A DNA stretch of 64,000 bases, taken from positions 1 to 64,000 of the IMG/VR virus record IMGVR_UViG_3300046507_000506. The stretch is one strand, 5' to 3'. The stretch is from a virus. Numbering within the stretch: the stretch's first letter is position 1; every line of letters starts with the position of its first letter. The notes under the pieces are model-generated. The model was not told the DNA's origin and made no database searches. It worked only from the letters and a program-made list of their open reading frames with translations. Positions 18,365 to 29,537 of this stretch are shown piece after piece. Both the position numbers and the translations under genes were made by a program.

Positions 18365-19107
18365 ACGACATACTTACGGCAGAAGGGCAGGCGTGGCTTG
18401 CTGCCGCAACCGAGGGCGGCAACGCGCCCGCCATCGAGCCGCCCGCACCGGACGGCGAGACACCCATATCCGACACGCCGCCGACCGTGCACCCGTCGCT
18501 CGATGCTGTTGGCCGCCTGACGCACGACAAGGCGGCTCGCATTGAGGAGCGGAACAATTACGAGGTCACCGGCTACGTGATGACGCACCGCGCGCTCGCG
18601 AAAAAGTGTGTGATCGACATGGCCGCCGTACGCTGGTTTCCGAACGTGCCGGAATTCATGCTGATAATGACCGGCCAGAAGGTCACGCCCGGCCCCGGTA
18701 CGCCGCCGCTTGGGTATGCCGATATCGCCGAGCTACCGACGCCGGTGGCCACGGCCGTGCCGATCATTGCGAGCGCACCCTCGCGCCCAATCCTGACCGC
18801 GCCACCATCGGCGCGCATGCTCGGATCGACCGAAGAAGCACTAGACGAACTCGCGCGCGATCTAGGCATCGTTCAGAACGAGTCTATCCCGCACAACGCG
18901 GGCTGGTTCGTACCGGGCAAGGCCAATGCCTACGCCAGTTCGTTCGATGCCATCAAGGCGCTTGCGTATCACCTGAAAAGCGGCGGCACCGTCTACTACC
19001 CGGCACCCGCCGCCGTCGCCACGGCCATCACGGAAACAGCGAAGGCCGCGCCGCCGAAGAAGGTCATGGAGCCCGCGCCGGATGCGCCGCAAGGCGCGCT
19101 GTTCTAG
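18361..19107 (+). CDS. Pro/Ala-rich hypothetical protein ending QGALF
   Basis: GTGA coupling, GGAGG RBS. Confidence 0.65.
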   Translation: MNDILTAEGQAWLAAATEGGNAPAIEPPAPDGETPISDTPPTVHPSLDAVGRLTHDKAARIEERNNYEVTGYVMTHRALAKKCVIDMAAVRWFPNVPEFMLIMTGQKVTPGPGTPPLGYADIAELPTPVATAVPIIASAPSRPILTAPPSARMLGSTEEALDELARDLGIVQNESIPHNAGWFVPGKANAYASSFDAIKALAYHLKSGGTVYYPAPAAVATAITETAKAAPPKKVMEPAPDAPQGALF

Positions 19108-19177
19108 TTGGAATGGGCGCGCACGAAACCGGGTAGGGGACTGCTATAACTTGGCTCCCATACCCGGAGAAAATGCA

Positions 19178-19426
19178 ATGTCCGACCTCACCACGCGGCG
19201 TCAACCGCAGCCCGTCTGCCCAACATGCGCCCACGTCATGACCTACGATGAACTGATCGCCGTATGTGCCGACGTGAACGCCGTGCCCGTCGATCTTACG
19301 CGGCTCGCACCCGATGAAGCGATGGCGCAAATCTATTGCGTGAACATCGAATGCGGCAAGCCGTTCTGGATCAATGGAGGCTTTGCCGCTTTCTACACTA
19401 CGGCCGTCGATCAGGACGACGTTTAA
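19178..19426 (+). CDS. Small Zn-ribbon protein
   Basis: CPTC...CVNIECGKPF; GGAG RBS. Confidence 0.6.
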   Translation: MSDLTTRRQPQPVCPTCAHVMTYDELIAVCADVNAVPVDLTRLAPDEAMAQIYCVNIECGKPFWINGGFAAFYTTAVDQDDV

Positions 19427-19438
19427 GCGTCCACCGAC

Positions 19439-20160
19439 TCAGGCTGCCGGATTGAGCGCGACCGATACCGCGCCGTACTGGTAGGACTTGCTCAACGTGC
19501 CCGACGTCGGCGTGTATGCCCCGGCCGCGATGCGCGCCTTGCTCAGTGCAGCGAACGTCACTTCCGCATCGTCGGTTACATAGCCATTCACCTGCGAGGT
19601 CGAGGACACTGCCAGCGTGTAATCCGCTGATGGCGTGTAGGAGGTGGATACCGCGTTCGTGAAGTTGCCGCCTTGCGCCACGACCTGCAAAACGTACATC
19701 GCCTTTGGCAAGGTGATCGCAGGAAAGACCGGCGTGACCGCTGCAACTGCCTTGCGCGCGGTCGCCGCGACACCGTTGAACGGGCTCGCGCTGTTGACGC
19801 CGGAAAGCTGGATGATGCCGATGTTCATCGCATAGCAGGCCGCACCATTGAAAGCGTACGAGGCGGGCTCTGAGGCGGTCGCGATCTTCCAGAACACGCC
19901 TATATTTCCGAAGTTGTTACGCGTCGAAAACTGGAATGTCACGAGCAGCGTCCATCCCGTTGACGTGATCGTCGTCGGTGCCGTGCTGTCATCGCACGAA
20001 AACACCGCGAGCAGCAGATTGCCCGCCACGATGCCCGACGGCGCGGGAATGGAAACCGCACCGACGAAAGAGGGCGGCGCGACCTCAGCACCGCCCTGCG
20101 ACGTCGAGACGACGGCAATGGGCGTCGAAGCCGACGCGCGGTAACGGCAAAGCGCGGGGA

Positions 20161-20164
<4 letters not shown>
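19439..20164 (-). CDS. Beta-rich fibre tip/receptor-binding-like protein
   Basis: PSGIVAGNLLLA...GWT...VFWKIATASEPASY motif typical of fibre-associated domains; GTGA-coupled to the collagen gene. Confidence 0.65.
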
Positions 20165-21803
<1,639 letters not shown>

Positions 21804-21807
<4 letters not shown>

Positions 21808-22217
21808 TGTGCAGCGACCTCGCGCATGAGGGCGGGCGTGATGTTGTATTCACCGCGCGCGAGCGCATAGGGCACGCTGTCCTGATTCCAGATGCGCCAC
21901 TCGAAAAAGCCCGCCTTGTATTTCTTCGCGCACTCGATGACAGGCGAAATGGGATATGCACCGGGCGCGGGCGTCATCGACTGGGTATGCGCGGCCGTGA
22001 AGTGCGCAATCAGTTGACCGTTATTGATTTCGATGCCGCTGTTTTCCGTCGTGAGGTCCACGAGCGGGGTCGTATCGGTGAGATTCGCGAACAGTTGCAG
22101 GCGCGATTTGCAGCCGCTAAGGTCGTACTGCTGGCCCTTGCTGTCGAGCCATTCGCTGATGACGACGTCGCGCGGGATGCCCTGCTCAAAGTCGATATTG
22201 AAGATTGCTGCTGGCAT
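21804..22217 (-). CDS. BppU-N-like fibre anchor protein (start MPAAIF)
   Basis: EQG...YDLSGCKSRLQL...LTTENSGI...HFTAAHT...GEYNITP Ig-like pattern. Confidence 0.6.
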
Positions 22218-22241
22218 GGTGTGCAAAGCCTTGGAAGGTGG

Positions 22242-22358
22242 GCGATGGCCTGCCTGTGCGCCTCTGCACGGTCGCCCTCGCATGAACCAGCTACGGAGCA
22301 TCGTTGCGAAATGCCGTAGCCGAGCCAGGTGCGTTAGCACAGGGAGACAGACCATCGC
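22242..22358 (-). ncRNA. Putative rod-like structured RNA in late leader
   Basis: GCGATGGTCTG/CAGGCCATCGC, CCTGTGC/GCACAGG, GCAC/GTGC and GGCTACGG/CCGTAGCT nested stems; G-U pairs only on - strand. Confidence 0.55.
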
Positions 22359-22558
22359 GTGAGCGCGCGACGAGGGCTGCGCGCTGGCGTGATAGACCGT
22401 CGGATATCGTTAGGATTCCTACTCGACTTTACATAATAAAAGTTATCACCGGCATCGCAAAACGCGGTGAGGGCGCGCGAATCCGGCTATCCACGCGGTG
22501 CAGCCTTGCTCTGTGGACTTCGCGCTGCGGTGTCATCGTCATCCCCAACTCACTTTCG

Positions 22559-22599
22559 ATTGTGCGGTCAGCCGCGCGCACGAGCGCCGTGCGTTTTCC
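22559..22599 (-). promoter_or_regulatory. Late promoter motif GGAAAA-N29-CACAAT
   Basis: Fixed spacing; upstream of collagen-fibre operon. Confidence 0.7.
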
Positions 22600-22617
22600 T
22601 GTGTCCTCAAAAAACGC

Positions 22618-22647
22618 TTGACACAATCAAACGTGACAACATACATT
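22618..22647 (+). promoter_or_regulatory. Promoter TTGACA-18-TACATT with GTGACAACATAC operator
   Basis: 12-mer at 22633-22644. Confidence 0.75.
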
Positions 22648-22698
22648 TGAGCCCTCAGCAGCAAGTGCTGAGTTTTTTAACCACGAGGAGTCATCGTC

Positions 22699-22854
22699 AT
22701 GTTTCGATCTTTCAATTTTCGCGACCACTTCATAATAATGACCGCGCTGCGTTCGAAGTTTGAGCGTAGCGCTTCCGCCGCGAGGTGCGCCGCACCCGCC
22801 GAGTTGTACCCTCTCTATGAGAGGCATCGCACGAGAAAATCACCTGAGATATAG
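22699..22854 (+). CDS. 51-aa hypothetical protein (not in ORF track)
   Basis: GAGGAG RBS right after promoter; MFRSFNFRDH... Confidence 0.45.
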   Translation: MFRSFNFRDHFIIMTALRSKFERSASAARCAAPAELYPLYERHRTRKSPEI

Positions 22855-22867
22855 GGGTGTGCGAAAA

Positions 22868-23083
22868 ATGAGGCCATCGGCCAGAGTAGTCACAGAGGCG
22901 GCCCGCGCTTATGCCGCCGCAGTAAAAGTCACCAATCCGCTGATTCACCGACTCGCCGACGCAGTAGCGCAGGACATGGCGAACGAAATGGGCGGCGCGG
23001 TGCGTATCATCCTGCCGGGCGGCGTCGTTATCGAACGCGCCCCGCAGGTAGTCCATCCAGTAACCCGCCTGATGCGGGCATGA
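22868..23083 (+). CDS. Hypothetical protein
   Basis: Operon position. Confidence 0.5.
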   Translation: MRPSARVVTEAARAYAAAVKVTNPLIHRLADAVAQDMANEMGGAVRIILPGGVVIERAPQVVHPVTRLMRA

Positions 23084-23202
23084 GGCTGACATGCTTTTAA
23101 TCATTGCATCGCACGCGGTTACTCTCATCATCGGCACGTCGTTCGGCTGCGTGATCGCGGCCTCACTGCGCGGATTTGCGCGAAACAACGAGGATGCAAG
23201 CA

Positions 23203-23853
23203 ATGACTAATGTGAACCCGCCGCTTGAAGCGAACGGCTCGATACCGGCCGCGTGTAGCTGCGCGACGTGCCGCCCTATGTCTATGACAGACATGCGTAT
23301 GATTCTGTGTGCACAGTGCGGGAACAAGCGCTGCCCGCACGCCGCCGATCATCGTCTCGCGTGCACGAACAGCAACGAGCCGGGACAGCCCGGCAGCAAC
23401 TACCCGCGCGTACCGGCCGCCGCCGACCTACCCCGCTTCCCTACAGTGCTGCGCAAAATGTGGAGCGGCGGCGAGGTTCAGGCGTGGCTCGATGAGCACG
23501 TCGCGCCGGTAGTCGGCGAAAACGCATACGTCGAAAAGCGATTGGCTGAAAGCCTCGCGGAGGTCTACGCCACGATCCTTGGTGATGATGCGCGGGATCA
23601 GGATGACAGTCTCAACGCTATCGAGCGCGTGAAGAAAGCCGCGCAGGTGCTGAGGCTTGAGGTCGATCTTTACCGGGAAAATGCTGATGCATCGGTGCAA
23701 TCAGTCAAGCCAGTGGCGGAAGTTCAAGGCTCTGATCTAGTTATCGGTCGAGAGTCGCGCGCCTTGCGCTGGTTGCCCGGTATTGACCCTTACGCGACGA
23801 AGCCCGGCACGAAGCTCTATACCGGACCTCAATCGACGCAGGAAAAGGATTGA
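23203..23853 (+). CDS. Mosaic hypothetical protein (Cys-rich N-terminus)
   Basis: MILCAQCGNKRCPHA and FPTVLRKMWSGGEVQAW modules. Confidence 0.7.
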   Translation: MTNVNPPLEANGSIPAACSCATCRPMSMTDMRMILCAQCGNKRCPHAADHRLACTNSNEPGQPGSNYPRVPAAADLPRFPTVLRKMWSGGEVQAWLDEHVAPVVGENAYVEKRLAESLAEVYATILGDDARDQDDSLNAIERVKKAAQVLRLEVDLYRENADASVQSVKPVAEVQGSDLVIGRESRALRWLPGIDPYATKPGTKLYTGPQSTQEKD

Positions 23854-24845
23854 CCATGACCGCAATAACAGACGAACAGATTGCTGCCTTCGAGGGGCTC
23901 GATGTTGTACAGGCGAAGTTCTACTTTGACCGCCGCAATGCCGATGGCCGCACACATCGCGAAATGGTCGAAGCTCTGCTATCTGCAAGTAAGCCTGCCG
24001 CGCCGATGGGGCAGATGCAGGCGGCGGAAATCATCAAGCAATGGATTCGCGACCACGAGTCTGAACTTAACTACACCGAATTCGCGCGTATCGACGCATC
24101 GCTCGAACGGCTGATGATGCACCTCGCGCTCGCCGCATCCCCTGCCGTGCCAGCGCAATCGCCCGCGCTTATCGGCTGGTGGGACTCTGCCGAGGCGTCC
24201 GGTTTCCGCTGGAAGGAAGGCATCGTGCGCGGCGACCTCAGTGACGGAACGCCGATCTATGCCAACTCTGCCGCACCAGCGCAATCGGGGGATCCGATCT
24301 ATCAGGTGCGCGTGCTTCGTTCGATGATGCGCCCTTGGATTGACACCGAAAAAGAGTTTGCGGAGAAGTTGGAAAAAGAGGGTCGCCACGAAATGCGCGT
24401 ACTCTACGCCGCCCCGCAACTAGCACAGACTGCGCCCACGAGAGAGCCACTTTCACCAGAAGCTCGCGCCTTCTATGCGAGACATGAGGCGCGTATGGGG
24501 CGTGTCGGACCAGCGCAACCAGTGGAGCAGACTGCCCGCACGTACACCACGAAAGCGGGGGAGGCCGTCGCGGGTATCGCGCTTCGCCAATGTGGCAATG
24601 AAGCCGATTGGCGGCATATCCTCGCGTGTAATCCGAAATTTGCAGACATGTTGCCGAGCGACTATTTTCCAGTTGGCACCGTCTTGACTTTGCCGCCCGC
24701 CCCGCAGCCCGCGAAACCTCTGACCCGTTGCGCGGCATCGCGCGATGGTGAGTGTGCTCATGCGCAGTGCCCGCAGCTTCGCGACGGCGAACCGGCCAAA
24801 ACTGGCCGCCACTGCCCTATTGATAACTGCGGAGAGGACGATTGA
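23850..24845 (+). CDS. Mosaic protein with LysM/tail-X-like and Cys-rich modules
   Basis: YTTKAGEAVAGIALRQCG...WRHILACNP...GTVLTLP; CAASRDGECAHAQCPQ. Confidence 0.65.
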   Translation: MTMTAITDEQIAAFEGLDVVQAKFYFDRRNADGRTHREMVEALLSASKPAAPMGQMQAAEIIKQWIRDHESELNYTEFARIDASLERLMMHLALAASPAVPAQSPALIGWWDSAEASGFRWKEGIVRGDLSDGTPIYANSAAPAQSGDPIYQVRVLRSMMRPWIDTEKEFAEKLEKEGRHEMRVLYAAPQLAQTAPTREPLSPEARAFYARHEARMGRVGPAQPVEQTARTYTTKAGEAVAGIALRQCGNEADWRHILACNPKFADMLPSDYFPVGTVLTLPPAPQPAKPLTRCAASRDGECAHAQCPQLRDGEPAKTGRHCPIDNCGEDD

Positions 24846-25078
24846 CTGACGCCGAAGAAGCACGCCTGGCTCAATTGGCTATCGACGCGATCACCAAAAA
24901 CGGCATCGCTACGATGACGCGCGAGCAGCGCACGGTATATCTCACGGCCTTGGGCCAAGCCGCGCACCAGTTGCTACGCTCCAACGAGGGCGATGGTTAC
25001 GTGCGCGGCTGGCTCGAAACCGCGCTTGATGACCTCACCCGCCCCGCCTTTCTGGCATTCAGGAAACTAGACGCATGA
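24842..25078 (+). CDS. Hypothetical protein
   Basis: Coupled ORF. Confidence 0.55.
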   Translation: MTDAEEARLAQLAIDAITKNGIATMTREQRTVYLTALGQAAHQLLRSNEGDGYVRGWLETALDDLTRPAFLAFRKLDA

Positions 25079-25428
25079 ACATCGCAAAGGCAATCAGGAG
25101 CCTGAGCGCGGCCTTGCTGCGCGACGGCCACCGCATGAAAACGAGCGTCGCGACGGACGACCTGCATCAACTGCTGACTGAGTTCGCCAGGACGGATCGG
25201 ATCGCGCGCGCCGCCGCAATGCACACCGCAGAGGGAATGCAGAGATACGCACTGCGCGACCGCTTTGAGGCGTTCTTTCGCTCCCACGAGAGCGCGGAAG
25301 GCATCGAGCCGGATTCCAGTGCGCACGCCATCGGCCCTGACGGCAAGTACGAGTGGCCGCATAAACAGGACATGTGGACGGCTTATCAGGCGGCCAGCAC
25401 GCCGGTTCCTGCGGAGGTAGTAGCGTGA
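25075..25428 (+). CDS. Hypothetical protein
   Basis: RDRFEAFF...MWTAYQAA phage module. Confidence 0.6.
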   Translation: MNIAKAIRSLSAALLRDGHRMKTSVATDDLHQLLTEFARTDRIARAAAMHTAEGMQRYALRDRFEAFFRSHESAEGIEPDSSAHAIGPDGKYEWPHKQDMWTAYQAASTPVPAEVVA

Positions 25429-25859
25429 GTGAGCAATTCAAGTTCGAGCGGTTCGACGTAGACGGAAGCGGGCATTGGGAGACGAGCGACGGCGACTGGA
25501 TTAGAGCGCAAGATGCGCTGGACCGGGAAGCCGTCTTGCTGGCGAAAATCAGCACTCTCGAAGCGCAGTGGAATGAGGCGGAAAAGCGTGCAAGGCTGAA
25601 TCATAAAAAGTGGGCCGCGCTCGACACTGATTCGATGAACGTCATCGCGCAGCTACGCAGGACGATTGCAAGCGGCGACGTTGAAATCATGAGGCTGCGC
25701 ACCCTTGTCGCCGAGACGCGCGATAACGCATTGGACGAAGCTGCAACGGTCGTCGCGCAGCACGACCGCGAGGGTCGCGGCTGGATTCCCGGCAGCTTGT
25801 GGGACACCCTTGCGAACGAAGCGGCGGCGCGCGTGCGCGCATTGAAACAAGGGAGCTAA
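25425..25859 (+). CDS. Coiled-coil hypothetical protein
   Basis: GGAGG RBS, GTGA coupling. Confidence 0.6.
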   Translation: MSEQFKFERFDVDGSGHWETSDGDWIRAQDALDREAVLLAKISTLEAQWNEAEKRARLNHKKWAALDTDSMNVIAQLRRTIASGDVEIMRLRTLVAETRDNALDEAATVVAQHDREGRGWIPGSLWDTLANEAAARVRALKQGS

Positions 25860-26021
25860 CCTGATGCCTGGCTATATCGCTGAATTCGGCGGCAAGTTCG
25901 TATGAGCCCGCAATCCGGTTCTTCGACGTAACCGGCTATGCCCCCTACTGCTGAGCCACACGCGGCGCGCTTCCTTACGCTGTATTACAATCCGTTTCTC
26001 AAAATTACAGAGACATTGCAA

Positions 26022-26243
26022 ATGTTGTTTTTTCGGGGAAAGAAGAAAACCGGCAATGCACCGGTAGTGACACAATTCGCACGGCATGGTAACGATACGC
26101 TCGTACGCTGCCCGACGTGCGCGGAGCCGATGGTGATTGAAGGCCCGGACAGGCGCGTTTTCGGCCGCAGCTTCGAGCATGCCCGCTGCGGCAAGTCGTT
26201 CGTGATCGCGCGCGACGCGCAATACGATCCGCAAATCGCCTGA
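26022..26243 (+). CDS. Small Zn-ribbon protein
   Basis: CPTC...HARCGKSF. Confidence 0.5.
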   Translation: MLFFRGKKKTGNAPVVTQFARHGNDTLVRCPTCAEPMVIEGPDRRVFGRSFEHARCGKSFVIARDAQYDPQIA

Positions 26244-26269
26244 CGCGCCGCTGCTGTACCGCTTCGTCC

Positions 26270-26320
26270 AAGCGCTCCCTCGCCATTCCACGGCGCGAAC
26301 AGAGGGAGCGCTTTCTTTTT
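26270..26320 (+). terminator. Intrinsic terminator between convergent operons
   Basis: AAGCGCTCCCTC/GAGGGAGCGCTT stem followed by T-run. Confidence 0.65.
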
Positions 26321-26322
26321 CC

Positions 26323-26553
26323 TTACGGCGACTCGACCGTGATGCCCTGCGCCGCAAACCATGCCACAGCGGGCTCAGGAAGGTCCGACAGATGCGACGT
26401 GACCTGCATCATGAATGCGCTCTCGAACTCGGCAGGCGGCGCGCAATCGCGCGCAAAGTTGTGCGACGCCTCCAGGAGACCGAACGCCTCGCTGTAGCCG
26501 TCCGAGTCCCTGAATTGCCCTATCGCCTGCAATAGATCGCTTGAAGTCGTCAT
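26323..26553 (-). CDS. Small protein downstream of the oxidoreductase
   Basis: GAGG RBS, 8 nt after upstream stop. Confidence 0.6.
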   Translation of the reverse strand: MTTSSDLLQAIGQFRDSDGYSEAFGLLEASHNFARDCAPPAEFESAFMMQVTSHLSDLPEPAVAWFAAQGITVESP

Positions 26554-26561
26554 TGCTCGCC

Positions 26562-28667
26562 TCAGTTGTAATAGAGCGGCACGAGCGCCATTGCATCGGC
26601 GACGACATAGCCAGTCGTGCCGGTGTTGCTCACCACCACCTTGTTATTCGCCTGGTCGCCTGCGGTGAATGAGTAGGTTCCAATGAGCTTCCACGCGCCG
26701 CTACTGTACTGGTTGATGTTGACTGCCGCCTGTGCCACGCCGCCAGCGGTCACCGTATGCGGCACGTTGCCCGCGCGCGTGGCCCCTTCTGGAAAGAACG
26801 CATAAACCGCGTAAGTGCCCGCTTTCGCCAGATTGAAACGGAACTCGACCGTGCCGGTCCCCTTGTTCACCGCGTTGTCAGTGATGTAGGTTGGCCCATA
26901 TGCAGAGGCTTCACTGAAGGTGGCGAAGGTCTGCGCTTCCTGCCACGTACCGGCGACGACCATCTGACCGTTCGGATCAGCATACGTGCCTGCCGCGCTC
27001 GCACCGGGCGGCAGGTCGAGCACGATTGCGCCGGGCGGGAAATAGCCCATCGCTTCCCTGATCTTGTACGGGTCAACCGCCTGCACAGTGGTTGCGAGGT
27101 CAATCGCACGCGCCGCCGCATAGCCCGCCGCCTCGCCCAGTTGCATCGCGATAGGCTCGACGCGGATAGACGCGAACGCAGCATGCGACGCCGACACGGC
27201 GAACGTAACGAGCAGGTTCGTGCACTCGGCGGCCTTCGGACACATGGCCTTGTAGCTGATCCAGTAGCGGCCATCCTGCCCGCCCGCCTGCGTTTTCTGG
27301 AAGAACCCGCCTTCGAGCGCGACGTACCCGTTATAGACGACCGTCTGACAGTGATGCGAGTCCATTGCATAGAAGCCGACGCAGATGCCGTCGGTCACCA
27401 GATCGATGCGCTGGCAATGCCGATCCGTCATGACGAAGTCGCCGACCATGCGGCGGCCCTCGCGCACGTACAACTGCTTCGGCATGCCGTGACGGGTAGG
27501 CATCTGCGAATACGGCGGCAGGCCGAATCCGGCGAGCGTCGTTTTGATGTTCGCAGGCACGCGCGCATCCTCGCGCAGGAACTTGAACAGCCCGAGCGTC
27601 CAATCGACATGCTGCTTATAGATGGCGGCGCGCTGCGCATACGTCGCCGTCGGCCACGCGTCCGCGCCGCCGATGAAATCAAGCTGTTGCAGGGCCGCGC
27701 CCGCATTGAGGTCGGTCACGCCATCTTTGCAAAGCCGGTCATTGAAAAGGCCGGGCGGGCTCGCGTTGTCGCTCCACGCCGTGATATGCCCGGCCGCGAA
27801 CTGACGCCCAAGAATCTCGTAATTGAGCGGGTTGTAGGTCGTCGGCTCAGGAAACCTGCGGTACGTTCCCGGCCCGCCACTGGTCGAAACGACGTTGACG
27901 CGGAACCCGTACGCCTGCACGCGGCTATCGCCCGATCCAACTGCGCCGACAGCAGCATTCACGCCCGGCAGCAAACCGGAAGCGGCAACACCGGCAGTCA
28001 CGTACGGATCGACCTGCCACGCGCCGCCCTTGTTGTAGGGCGCGACGACGCCGTTGTATGTCTCGTTGTACTGGCTGTTCGGCTCCCGCCCGACGGTGAA
28101 CGAGCACCCTGCCGCCGCCATAAGATCGCCTTCATAGGTCGCGTCGATATAGACCGACGCAGTCACCGAAAGCAGAGGAGCCGTGACCGGCGTAAGCGCA
28201 TCCTCAAACGTCACCGCCGTTATTTTCGTGCCGGTCTTTTTAACGCCAGTCGCAACCACGCGGTAGTTGTGCCGCACGACAATCCGACTCGCGGCAAGCA
28301 GCGCCGTCAGTTGCGTGGCCATCGTCTTTGGCGAGCCGTTGAGACTTTGCCCCCAAAAGGTCGGGTAGTCCGTCGCATTGGCAGTGTAGTTCGCGCTCCA
28401 TATGGCGCGATACAGCACGTTCGCCAGCCCCTTGAGCACGTTGCAATCGCCGCCCGCACGGTCGGTATAGCTCAGGCCGCCTTGCGTTGGCATACCCCCG
28501 AATATCGCATCCGGGTTGATGAGTTCAACGAGCATGCCGTTCTGAGCCGCAGACACGGCGGCCATGATGCCGCTTGCCGTTGCACCATATACGCAAACAT
28601 CAACGTTCCGTGTCGCGTACAGCGAATCAGCCTTTTTTCTGGAGATCGGCGGCGGTCCCATATCCAT
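26562..28667 (-). CDS. FAD-dependent oxidoreductase (PF12831-like) with C-terminal xanthan-lyase/golvesin-type CBD
   Basis: VCVYGATASGIMAAVSAA Rossmann motif, YIDATYEGDLMAAAG, LYVREGRRMVGDFV, SIRVEP; C-terminal GAWKLIGTYSF...GYVVADAM. Confidence 0.85.
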   Translation of the reverse strand: MDMGPPPISRKKADSLYATRNVDVCVYGATASGIMAAVSAAQNGMLVELINPDAIFGGMPTQGGLSYTDRAGGDCNVLKGLANVLYRAIWSANYTANATDYPTFWGQSLNGSPKTMATQLTALLAASRIVVRHNYRVVATGVKKTGTKITAVTFEDALTPVTAPLLSVTASVYIDATYEGDLMAAAGCSFTVGREPNSQYNETYNGVVAPYNKGGAWQVDPYVTAGVAASGLLPGVNAAVGAVGSGDSRVQAYGFRVNVVSTSGGPGTYRRFPEPTTYNPLNYEILGRQFAAGHITAWSDNASPPGLFNDRLCKDGVTDLNAGAALQQLDFIGGADAWPTATYAQRAAIYKQHVDWTLGLFKFLREDARVPANIKTTLAGFGLPPYSQMPTRHGMPKQLYVREGRRMVGDFVMTDRHCQRIDLVTDGICVGFYAMDSHHCQTVVYNGYVALEGGFFQKTQAGGQDGRYWISYKAMCPKAAECTNLLVTFAVSASHAAFASIRVEPIAMQLGEAAGYAAARAIDLATTVQAVDPYKIREAMGYFPPGAIVLDLPPGASAAGTYADPNGQMVVAGTWQEAQTFATFSEASAYGPTYITDNAVNKGTGTVEFRFNLAKAGTYAVYAFFPEGATRAGNVPHTVTAGGVAQAAVNINQYSSGAWKLIGTYSFTAGDQANNKVVVSNTGTTGYVVADAMALVPLYYN

Positions 28668-28677
28668 AACGACCTCC

Positions 28678-29100
28678 TTAGCTAATCGTAATTTCGGGTT
28701 GGTAGATCACAACGCCGTCAGCGTCGCGGGTGACGGCAGGCTGTGTGATCGTCTTACTGACGGTGCCATTGACGTACGTCGCATGCCATGCATTGATGGC
28801 CCCGTCATCAGTGGTCGCGTCAGTCACATAGACGCCAGTCGCGCCGTCCGGCCACACGATGTTTGCCGTTGTCACAACGCCATTGGCGTCAAGCGGAATA
28901 GGATTCGACGTTGGTCTGTACGCGCCTGAATATGCCCATTGCAGCAGGTTCTGCGGGAGCATCGCGGCCAATGCCGCACTGACTGTTTCGGCACTTTCCT
29001 CGGCGGCGGAAGCACTCGCCCTCGCCTGAGTGACGAGCGCCTTCATTGATTTCGCCACACCGGAAAGCTGGTAGTTGCGAGTCCAGTCGCCATAGCTCAT
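28678..29100 (-). CDS. Putative tailspike adaptor protein
   Basis: N-terminus paralogous to 32468-33079; WPDGATGVY...ITQPAVTRD domain seen in phage tail proteins. Confidence 0.65.
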   Translation of the reverse strand: MSYGDWTRNYQLSGVAKSMKALVTQARASASAAEESAETVSAALAAMLPQNLLQWAYSGAYRPTSNPIPLDANGVVTTANIVWPDGATGVYVTDATTDDGAINAWHATYVNGTVSKTITQPAVTRDADGVVIYQPEITIS

Positions 29101-29156
29101 GGCTTCACCAATACGCTTTCGCCGGACTGGGTTGGATGGTCAACGATGATCGTCAT
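29097..29156 (-). CDS. 19-aa micro-ORF, internally deleted paralogue of 33076-33270
   Basis: MTIIVDHPTQSGESVLVKP vs MAIIYD...TSESAWVKQ; GGAG RBS; ATGA overlap. Confidence 0.5.
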   Translation of the reverse strand: MTIIVDHPTQSGESVLVKP

Positions 29157-29179
29157 GAAGGCTCCATTAGTATGGCGAT

Positions 29180-29220
29180 ATGTTAGGAGCCTTCCGCAAA
29201 CGTTTAATTGGCCTTTTTCC
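29180..29220 (-). promoter_or_regulatory. Late promoter motif GGAAAA-N29-TAACAT
   Basis: Fixed spacing; upstream of second cassette. Confidence 0.65.
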
Positions 29221-29281
29221 TATATTGCGTGCCATATCCGAGCACTCGCCTACCTGTGGCTTATGCAGAAAAGGCGCTTTT

Positions 29282-29524
29282 TCAGAAGGTCGTTTTTCGG
29301 TTTCCCACCATGACATTGGGGAACTGCCGTGCGCCGTGCGGCGTCGCGAGCCGCTGCGGAAAGATACGCGGCTGCACGGCGCGCTGAAGGTGCCGCACCA
29401 ACTTTTGCGGGTCTTCCGCGACCGTCTCACCGCTGCCCGTCACGCGGACATGCCGCACCACCTGGACGACTGGCGGATTCGCCAGAAACTGGTTAGGTGC
29501 GGCCGGGTTGTTTTCCTGAGCCAT
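29282..29524 (-). CDS. Small protein downstream of the hydrolase
   Basis: GAGGAG RBS. Confidence 0.55.
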   Translation of the reverse strand: MAQENNPAAPNQFLANPPVVQVVRHVRVTGSGETVAEDPQKLVRHLQRAVQPRIFPQRLATPHGARQFPNVMVGNRKTTF

Positions 29525-29537
29525 CGGCTTACTCTCC

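Noticed and set aside
26757-28685. Long + strand ORFs (also 39089-40777, 10415-11656, and 50561-51886 on -)
   Set aside because: Antisense shadows of real GC-rich genes; no motifs or RBS.
29477-29516. Additional late promoter
   Set aside because: No -10-like hexamer at the 29-nt spacing; lies inside an ORF.
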